From Candidatus Methylomirabilis limnetica (GTDB taxonomy: Bacteria; Methylomirabilota; Methylomirabilia; Methylomirabilales; Methylomirabilaceae): a stretch of 32,000 nt of DNA. The notes under the pieces were generated by a model. It searched no databases, had not been told where the DNA came from, and saw nothing but the letters and a program-made list of their open reading frames with translations. Location of the stretch: the NCBI RefSeq assembly GCF_003044035.1, contig NZ_NVQC01000016.1, forward strand, positions 60,001-92,000, in the 5' to 3' direction. Of the stretch, positions 16,656 through 22,112 are shown piece by piece (within the stretch, counting starts at the first letter, position 1; every line of letters begins with the position of its first letter). The position numbers were made by a program, and so were the translations under genes.

Positions 16656-16724
16656 ATGCGACGAGAACGGAGGAGGGCTGTGAGCAGGGCGGTGCAGTGT
16701 CTGTTGGGAGGCGCGGCTCGGTGA
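16656..16724 (+). pseudogene. Truncated signal-peptide remnant, paralog of the collagen-repeat protein N-terminus
   Basis: MRRERRRAVSRAVQCLLGGAAR* compares with MRRGRRRAVSGAVQCLLGGAVLAMG... at 20751. Nucleotide homology ends near 16715. Confidence 0.75.
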
Positions 16725-16752
16725 GCTGCGTGGCCATGCGCGTTTCGCTGTT

Positions 16753-17052
16753 TCACCCTGCGGGCCTCTTCGCGTCGCGCGGTTCGAAGCTGATAAGCAA
16801 GCGCGATCCGGTCGCCTCCGCCAGACGCTCCAGCGTCCGCATCGATGGGTGCGTGCGTCCGCTTTCAAGACGGGCGACGACGGGCTGCGTCGTCCCCATC
16901 TTCCGGGCCAGCTCCTCTTGCGTTAGACCGGCGCGGTTCCTCACATCCATCACGGCCGAGGCCAGGACAAACTCTTTCTCAAGCGCCTCGTAAGCCTTCC
17001 GGTATTTCGGCTCTTTCATCCACTTCTTGTGTATGTCAGATATGCGTGCCAT
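16753..17052 (-). CDS. higA: XRE-family HTH antitoxin (HigA-like)
   Basis: 99 aa. The HTH is RAGLTQEELARKMGTTQPVVARLESG. It lies 13 nt downstream of the toxin gene (toxin-first order). Confidence 0.85.
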   Translation of the reverse strand: MARISDIHKKWMKEPKYRKAYEALEKEFVLASAVMDVRNRAGLTQEELARKMGTTQPVVARLESGRTHPSMRTLERLAEATGSRLLISFEPRDAKRPAG

Positions 17053-17065
17053 TGCTACACCTCCA

Positions 17066-17404
17066 TCAGTGAACCGATTTCGCGCGGGACAAGGCCAGAT
17101 CTATCTCGCGGCGCGGCGTTTTCTCTGTGCTCTTCACGAAGACCCGCACGATTACCACGCGCCGGCCCACGGCCGTCACATACAGCGCCCGCGAAATTCC
17201 GCTGCGGCCTTTCAGCCGCACCTCCCACAGCCGACCTTCCACATGCTTGACGTGCGGCTCGCCTACACGCTCCAGACCCTTGTCCTCGATGAGCTTCGCG
17301 ATACGCGCTAGCCTCGCCCGCATGTCTTCAGGCAAGGCCTCAACCTCCGCGTCAACGGTTTCATTGAGGGTTTCGACCGTCCAGCGCATACCAGAATATA
17401 CCAC
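17066..17404 (-). CDS. higB: RelE/ParE-superfamily toxin, phage Gp49-like (HigB-like)
   Basis: Pattern: V..E...LP.D.RARL.R...L.E.G......PHVKHVEG.LWE.R.....GI.RALYV...GRRVVI.RVF.KS.KTPRREI.LA. The true start may be ATG 17389 rather than GTG 17404. Confidence 0.85.
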   Translation of the reverse strand: MVYSGMRWTVETLNETVDAEVEALPEDMRARLARIAKLIEDKGLERVGEPHVKHVEGRLWEVRLKGRSGISRALYVTAVGRRVVIVRVFVKSTEKTPRREIDLALSRAKSVH

Positions 17405-17406
17405 AA

Positions 17407-17418
17407 AAGATATATCTT
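17407..17418. promoter_or_regulatory. 12-bp perfect palindrome AAGATATATCTT immediately upstream of higB (candidate operator / -10 region)
   Basis: Self-complementary AT-rich dodecamer 3 nt upstream of the toxin ORF. TA operators are typically palindromes overlapping the promoter. Confidence 0.45.
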
Positions 17419-17463
17419 GGGAAGCCCTGATGTCAGGGTGCGTTCGGCGATCATGGGTGCGTA

Positions 17464-17605
17464 GTAACTACCCAGGTGTTTAGACTGAAGGTTCTAAATT
17501 ATCTCGCAAGGCACGAATCGAGCCATTCAAGACCTTTTCGGAGTTTTGTATGATCACGCATGACTTACCCCTAAAAGCCTTCAGCCTATCTACCTGAGTA
17601 GTTAC
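17464..17605. mobile_element. 142-bp miniature inverted-repeat element B (same family and orientation as A) with 8-bp target duplication
   Basis: TIR gtaactacccaggt / acctgagtagttac. Flanking direct repeat GGTGCGTA (17456-17463 and 17606-17613). The minus-strand relic reads ...CVIIQNSEKVLNGSIRALRDN... Confidence 0.8.
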
Positions 17606-17796
17606 GGTGCGTAGAAGAAAGACCGCCGTCAGGCCTACTTCTCTGTCAATCCCGGCTATTGCTACAAACAACTGCTTGATACGCACGTCGTTCTCTCGTG
17701 CAGCGGTCGTATGCCCGGTGCGCCGGGCTGCACAGGTGCTTCCGGCCACGACCTGTCCGCGTGCGGACACACATCGGGAGGCGCAGGCGGCCCCGC

Positions 17797-17901
17797 ACTT
17801 TCCCCTTGACCGGGGGGGGTGCGTTCTAAGCTGCGCTGTCTTTGTGTGTCCCGGTGACCAGGCCAGGACAGGGCAGCAACCTTTACCATAAGGAGGTAAC
17901 A
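17797..17901 (+). promoter_or_regulatory. Promoter/leader module copy d (TTGACC-G8-...TAAGCT, stem-loop, AGGAGG)
   Basis: cactttccccTTGACCggggggggtgcgttcTAAGCTgcgctgtctttgtgtgtcccggtgaccaggccaggaca...aAGGAGGtaacaATG. There are 15 nt between the hexamers. Confidence 0.5.
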
Positions 17902-18690
17902 ATGCGACGACTACGCTGGGGACTGCTGATCGGAGTGCTCGGAGTGACGGTCGTGGTGGCGACCCCGCCACCGTCAGAGGCCGCCCAATGCGCCCCCGAC
18001 ACGGTGCCGTCTGGCAACAGTTGCATCGACCGGTACGAAGCCAGCGTCTGGCAGACCACCAACCCGGGCCTCATTCGCCTGATCAAGTTGGGCCGCGTGA
18101 CCCTGGCGCGGCTCACTGCAGCCGGCGCGACCCCGCTCGGGCTCGCCGCTGGGGACCTGGTCGCCGCCGGCTGCCCGACCACCGGTAACGGCTGCACAAA
18201 CGTCTACGCCGTCTCGATCCCCGGGGTGGAGCCAGCCCATGACCTCACCTGGTTCCAGGCGGCCGCCGCAGCCCGCAACGCTGGGAAACGCCTGCCGACC
18301 AATGCCGAGTGGCAGGCCGCCGCGCTGGGGACCCCGGATACGGGTGGAGCCGACAACGGCACGACCACGTGCAACACCGACAATCTGGCTCCCGGTGTGA
18401 CGCCCACCGGCTCCCGGTCGGCGTGCGTCTCCGATGTGGGGGCCTTCGACATGGTGGGGAACCTCTGGGAGTGGGTGGCCGACTGGGTGCCGCTCAGCAC
18501 GATCTGCGTCACCGGTTTGTTCGGAACGGGTGATGCGAACTGCCTGGCCGGAGCGAGCACCTTGAACGGCCCGGGCGCGCTGATCCGCGGCGGCGACTTC
18601 TTCGGCTCGGTTGCCGGCGTCTTCGCGGTGGCTGGCGACAACGCCCCGTCGGGCGCGTTCGGCCGCGTCGGGTTTCGTGCCGCCCGCTAG
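17902..18690 (+). CDS. Secreted FGE/SUMF1-type C-type-lectin-fold protein with DGR variable-region-like C-terminus
   Basis: The start is taken at ATG 17902, after AGGAGG. Signal peptide MRRLRWGLLIGVLGVTVVVATPPPSEA. Motifs CIDRYEASVW, AGKRLPTNAEWQAAALG, DMVGNLWEWVADW, and the end RGGDFFGSVAGVFAVAGDNAPSGAFGRVGFRAAR*. Confidence 0.85.
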   Translation: MRRLRWGLLIGVLGVTVVVATPPPSEAAQCAPDTVPSGNSCIDRYEASVWQTTNPGLIRLIKLGRVTLARLTAAGATPLGLAAGDLVAAGCPTTGNGCTNVYAVSIPGVEPAHDLTWFQAAAAARNAGKRLPTNAEWQAAALGTPDTGGADNGTTTCNTDNLAPGVTPTGSRSACVSDVGAFDMVGNLWEWVADWVPLSTICVTGLFGTGDANCLAGASTLNGPGALIRGGDFFGSVAGVFAVAGDNAPSGAFGRVGFRAAR

Positions 18691-18796
18691 TCGTCTGTTT
18701 TTGATACTTTGATACTTTGCACATTGACGTCCTCGTCGGCGGGCGGCCGGGGTTGGCCGCTCGCCGGTGAGGACCAGGGCCGGCGTCTCGCTATGC

Positions 18797-18897
18797 CTCC
18801 TTCTCCCTTCCCCCCCGTGTGGGGGAAGGTGAGGATGGGGGGTGAATTCAGCGACGGCCCCCCACCTTAATCCTCCCCCGCAAGGGGGGAGGAACGC
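18797..18897. repeat. Two REP-like GC hairpins inserted between the conserved avd upstream sequence and the avd start
   Basis: ccttccccc/.../gggggaagg (18806-18829) plus gtgagg, and tcctccccc/gcaag/gggggagga (18871-18893). This segment is absent from the paralogous site at 21855-21875. Confidence 0.75.
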
Positions 18898-18912
18898 TGG
18901 GTGAGGGGACCG

Positions 18913-19668
18913 ATGGCCGACGACGTCATCCCGATCGTGCAGCGGCCCTACGATTTCGCCGTGGCGCTGTACGGCTACGTGAACCGCTTTCCGCGCATGC
19001 ACAAGCTGCTCCTCGGGCGAGAACTCATGGGGCTGGCGCTCCGGCTCCTCGTCACGCTGGTGACGGCCAACCGCCGACGCGACAAAGTCCCGGAGTTGGA
19101 AGAGGCCAGCGGCGTGGTCGATGCGCTGCGCATCACGCTTCGGTTGAGCATGCGCCTGGGTCTGCTCAGTCACAAAGGATACGAGGCGCTGTCGCGAGAC
19201 CTGGACGAGATCGGCCGCATGCTCGGGGGCTGGCTCAAGCACAGCGCCGCAGCGGGCGCAGAGACGACCGAGGGTCCGCCAAGGACTCCCGACGATAGGC
19301 TGAGGAGGCGTCGGCAGATGGGCGGGCGCCAACGGGGCCTGCCTCCGTCTGTCTGCCAAGGCCCTCGATCTCCCGATGTCCTGTTTCGAATCGCCGCCGG
19401 TCAGCGCGCTCGCTGCAAGACCATCCAGATCACCGGCGCCTCCGCTGAGGTCATCCGCGCTAAACTGTCCGGTATCATCGAGCGGCCAAGCCACTGTTCT
19501 CCTGCTTCCAGCGAGCACTCTTCATTCTCTATGCATGCCGGCGCGGAGCGTATTGACAAGCCCCTCGGCCTGTTCCAGCGATGTGCGAACGTCCTGTTCC
19601 GTTATCCTGGTAGTCGCGATCAATGGATAGCGCTCCACCAGATAGAATGCAGAAATCTTTTGACATAA
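18913..19668 (+). CDS. avd: Avd-like four-helix-bundle protein (DGR accessory variability determinant family) with an aberrant C-terminal extension
   Basis: The first ~115 aa read IPIVQRPYDFAVALYGYVNRFPRMHKLLLGRELMGLALRLL...DALRITLRLSMRLGLLSHKGYEALSRDLDEIGRMLGGWLKH, the Avd/23S-IVS-protein pattern. The frame then stays open to 19668 through non-homologous sequence and overlaps the HEPN gene antisense, so the native 3' end is probably lost. Confidence 0.7.
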   Translation: MADDVIPIVQRPYDFAVALYGYVNRFPRMHKLLLGRELMGLALRLLVTLVTANRRRDKVPELEEASGVVDALRITLRLSMRLGLLSHKGYEALSRDLDEIGRMLGGWLKHSAAAGAETTEGPPRTPDDRLRRRRQMGGRQRGLPPSVCQGPRSPDVLFRIAAGQRARCKTIQITGASAEVIRAKLSGIIERPSHCSPASSEHSSFSMHAGAERIDKPLGLFQRCANVLFRYPGSRDQWIALHQIECRNLLT

Positions 19669-19917
19669 TTCGCGGAAGCCTGCAAGACCGGGATCGAAGG
19701 CCATCGCGTCATCTAAGAGGGCCTCCAAGTCGTGGATACGCCGAAGTTGCCAACCCTTGGACAGCAGAAATGCCTTGAGAAACTTTTCCACCCCCTTGCT
19801 GAAGGCAAAATCCCGCCATCTCGGGATCGTCGTTTTAAGCATCCGCTCCACCCGTCCCAGGTCTTTCTCCGCGATACGCAGCCAATCGACGGCGTAGGGA
19901 GATTCCTCACGCGGCAT
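19522..19917 (-). CDS. HEPN domain protein (toxin of HEPN/MNT pair)
   Basis: MPREESPYAVDWLRIAEKDL...FLKAFLLSKGWQLRRIHDLEALL (R-x-x-H-D-L HEPN motif)...YLVERYP. ATG 19917 overlaps the MNT 3' end by 11 nt. Confidence 0.85.
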   Translation of the reverse strand: MPREESPYAVDWLRIAEKDLGRVERMLKTTIPRWRDFAFSKGVEKFLKAFLLSKGWQLRRIHDLEALLDDAMAFDPGLAGFRELCQKISAFYLVERYPLIATTRITEQDVRTSLEQAEGLVNTLRAGMHRE

Positions 19918-20239
19918 AGAGGACCTCTCCTTTATTGAAGATTTCCTTGATGAATTGGTCGCCAACAGCCAGCCGCTTTTCGATCTCGTCTGGCGTGAGC
20001 ACGATAGCCTCCAGCGGCACTGACGGATGAGTCCCTGTGAGAATGCGTTTTACCGCCATCCAGCGATCGATGAAGCGCTCCGGCGTCTCTTTGATGATGA
20101 GCAGATCGATGTCGCTGTCCGGTCCTGGGGCGCCATAGGCATACGAGCCAAACAGAATCACCTGCTTGGGAGCGTACTCAGCGACAAGCTTGTTCACAAT
20201 GATCTGGATGAGTGTCCGTATGTCGTGTGACGTGGTCAT
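19907..20239 (-). CDS. Minimal nucleotidyltransferase (MNT antitoxin of HEPN/MNT pair)
   Basis: ILFGSYAYGAPGPDSDIDLLII is the GS-x10-DxD polymerase-beta-type NTase motif. The start is taken at ATG 20239. The ORF-track TTG 20275 is possible but less likely. Confidence 0.85.
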   Translation of the reverse strand: MTTSHDIRTLIQIIVNKLVAEYAPKQVILFGSYAYGAPGPDSDIDLLIIKETPERFIDRWMAVKRILTGTHPSVPLEAIVLTPDEIEKRLAVGDQFIKEIFNKGEVLYAA

Positions 20240-20266
20240 CGCATGAACCCGCGTACTCCTAAGGTC

Positions 20267-20367
20267 GCTTGACAAGCCTGCCCCGTACTTGAAACGGGGG
20301 TATTCAGTGTTTCCGGCTAGGATTCCCGCTCCCAGCTTAAGGCATGCGAGGACAAGCGCGGGAATGA
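20267..20367. repeat. MITE-like element, cattccggg family (copy 3, left end truncated)
   Basis: gcttgacaagcctgccccgtacttgaaacggggg...gacaagcgcgggaatgat. Confidence 0.6.
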
Positions 20368-20496
20368 TATGGTGTCGCCTGACTTGTGCACTCCTGAAAA
20401 AGTCGCACCACGCGCGACTAGGGAGAACCTACGCCTGCCGTTTTGGCGTGTCAATCAGATTATCGTGCCCCGGATGGGCGTAGCAGGCGGCCCCCA
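20368..20496 (+). repeat. Conserved ~127-nt block, copy 2
   Basis: It aligns with 16421-16547. It is followed by a ~150-nt insertion (20497-20645) that is absent in copy 1. Confidence 0.7.
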
Positions 20497-20645
20497 CCCA
20501 AGCACAGCGAGAGATTTCGCCATCACTCGATGCTTCCCGTCAATGCGGGCTCCCGGAGGGCGCGTGGTACGCTCAGTGCAATTATGAGCGATTACTTCAT
20601 TTCGTTCGCAATGGCAACGTTCTCTTGCTGTTCTTGAGCCCTCGC

Positions 20646-20750
20646 ACTTTTCTATTGACCGGGGGGGGGTGCGTTCTAAGCTGCACTCTCTGTGTGTGTC
20701 TCGGCTACCAGGCCGGGGCTGGGAGTAACCTTTACTAGGAGGAGGCAGCG
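20646..20750 (+). promoter_or_regulatory. Promoter/leader module copy b (TTGACC-G9-...TAAGCT, stem-loop, AGGAGGAGG)
   Basis: cacttttctaTTGACCgggggggggtgcgttcTAAGCTgcactctctgtgtgtgtctcggctaccaggccggggct...AGGAGGAGGcagcgATG. There are 16 nt between the hexamers. Confidence 0.5.
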
Positions 20751-21404
20751 ATGAGACGAGGACGGAGGAGGGCCGTGAGCGGAGCGGTGCAGTGTCTGTT
20801 GGGAGGCGCGGTGCTCGCAATGGGCCTGACGGGGCTGGCGAGCAACATCGAAGCGGCGGATATCAATGCGTGCGTCAACGAGGTGAATGGGTTGGTCCGG
20901 ATCGTTGCGCCGGGTACCGTGTGCAAGCCTGTCGAAACGGCCATGACTTGGAATAGCACAGGGCCGGCAGGTGCGACAGGTGCGGCAGGACCAGTAGGCG
21001 CAGCGGGACCAGCAGGGCCGGCTGGACCTGAGGGCCCGCCGGGTCCGGCCGGCTCGGGCAGCCAGATGGTGCGCGATCTCGCTCGATTTGCGGTGCCGCA
21101 GGTAGCTCCTCTCGAGTCGATCACCCTGGCCGACCTGCCCGAGCTCACGGCGATGATCGGCAAGGACGCCACCCTCACGACCGTCGCATCCCGCAACGTG
21201 ATCCTGCAGTTGTCAGCCAGCACGACCGAGTTCGACTACCGGCGGCTGTTGCTCGCCTGGATCGGGGCCCCGTCCATGGTCGGAGGAGCCCTTTCCTGGC
21301 CGATCAGGATCGAGCACTCAGGCACCAACACCGAATACAGTCGCCCGTCCTCCTCTTCGACAGAGATGCTCGAACTGGTCGTCGTCGCCAGCGCGACTGA
21401 GTGA
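20751..21404 (+). CDS. Secreted protein with collagen-like (G-X-Y)n triple-helix repeat and uncharacterised C-terminal domain
   Basis: Arg-rich signal peptide, then INACVNEVNGLVRIVAPGTVCKPVETAMTWNSTGPAGATGAAGPVGAAGPAGPAGPEGPPGPAGSGS, then ~110 aa with no motif I recognise. Confidence 0.8.
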   Translation: MRRGRRRAVSGAVQCLLGGAVLAMGLTGLASNIEAADINACVNEVNGLVRIVAPGTVCKPVETAMTWNSTGPAGATGAAGPVGAAGPAGPAGPEGPPGPAGSGSQMVRDLARFAVPQVAPLESITLADLPELTAMIGKDATLTTVASRNVILQLSASTTEFDYRRLLLAWIGAPSMVGGALSWPIRIEHSGTNTEYSRPSSSSTEMLELVVVASATE

Positions 21405-21574
21405 CGACCAACCCTTAGCCCGGATCCACCGAACGTCTTCGCCTGACAGGTCGATGACGGATACGGGGAGACGATCGACCCCGATCGAGGTCATGGCCAA
21501 GCCCTGAGCGGGGCGAACGAGGGTCGGAGGACGGCCAAAGCATATTGCCCATATGGCTGCGAGGCGATACCCCC

Positions 21575-21790
21575 TTCCACCGCCCATGAATCTACAGGAC
21601 GACGAACTCCTCTACCCCCTCGATTCAGGATATGGGTAGAGATCATCGTCGTGCTCACGTCGCTAGGACCGGCACCGTGTCTGCACCGTGCGGATGTCGT
21701 CTCCATCCTCCCCCAGTGGGTCGCAAAGGCATGGCGGCAGGTGAGAACGGCACTAGCCTGCCCTCGCTTGGTCTGGCTCCCGCTGCCTCA
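21575..21790 (-). pseudogene. Frameshifted C-terminal relic of an IntI-like (integron-integrase-type) tyrosine recombinase
   Basis: The minus strand reads LTCRHAFATH, then (shifted frame) LGEDGDDIRTVQT, then [28 protein letters not shown]. The canonical sequence is H.[48 protein letters not shown]. The catalytic Tyr is replaced by Ser and the N-terminal three quarters are absent. Confidence 0.7.
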
Positions 21791-21874
21791 GGAGCCGCCG
21801 GAGCAGCTTGCCTGTGCCAGGGCCGCCGGGGTAGGCCGCTCGCCGGTGAGGACGCCCGCCCGGTGGGGGCAGAG

Positions 21875-22012
21875 ATGGCCGACGCGGTCATCCCGATCGT
21901 GCAGCGGGCCTACGATTTTGCTGTGGCGCTGTACGGCTACGTGAACCGCTTTCCGCGCATGCACAAGCCGCTCCTCGGGCGAGAACTCATGGGGCTTACG
22001 ATACTGAATTGA
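21875..22012 (+). pseudogene. Truncated second copy of the Avd-like gene (first ~40 codons)
   Basis: MADAVIPIVQRAYDFAVALYGYVNRFPRMHKPLLGRELMGL, then unrelated sequence and a stop. The nucleotide match to 18742-19033 includes the upstream ggccgctcgccggtgagga. Confidence 0.8.
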
Positions 22013-22112
22013 GCGTGTCGCATGCGCTGGATCAGGGAGGGGATGAAAGATACATCCATGAGGGAGCAGAAAGACCCCGCGCTGCGATGAGGTGGTTGAC
22101 ACCTGGGGCCCG

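Noticed and set aside
16115-17605. MITE A + HigBA + MITE B as a single composite transposon
   Set aside because: Each MITE has its own matching 8-bp flanking duplication (TGGGTTCA versus GGTGCGTA). This indicates independent insertions. A composite transposition would leave one shared duplication at the outer ends only.
17974-19518. 514-aa ORF on the minus strand spanning the lectin-fold gene, its intergenic region and avd
   Set aside because: It is a shadow ORF of a GC-rich region. It lies antisense to two ORFs with clear family motifs, has Arg/Gly/Ala/Pro-rich low-complexity composition, and has no motifs or RBS. The same reasoning applies to 366-935(-), 2408-3046(-), 8148-8903(-), 9107-9745(-), 10016-10741(-), 11354-11989(-), 20735-21223(-), 22497-23144(+), 25316-25867(+) and 26629-27486(+).
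19291-19521. Candidate DGR template repeat downstream of avd
   Set aside because: There is no colinear similarity to the VR-like segment 18540-18690. The only resemblance is a short gtttcg..gccgcc string at 19383-19400 with indels, which is compatible with chance in GC-rich DNA.
16100-22100. Integron cassette array / attC sites, or a CRISPR array, as an explanation for the repeated modules
   Set aside because: The repeats are long (100-230 nt), differ in type and lack regular spacing, so they do not form a CRISPR array. I could not find R''/L''-L'/R' attC architecture (RYYYAAC...GTTRRRY) at module ends. The integrase relic's orientation and position do not fit intI-attI-cassettes.
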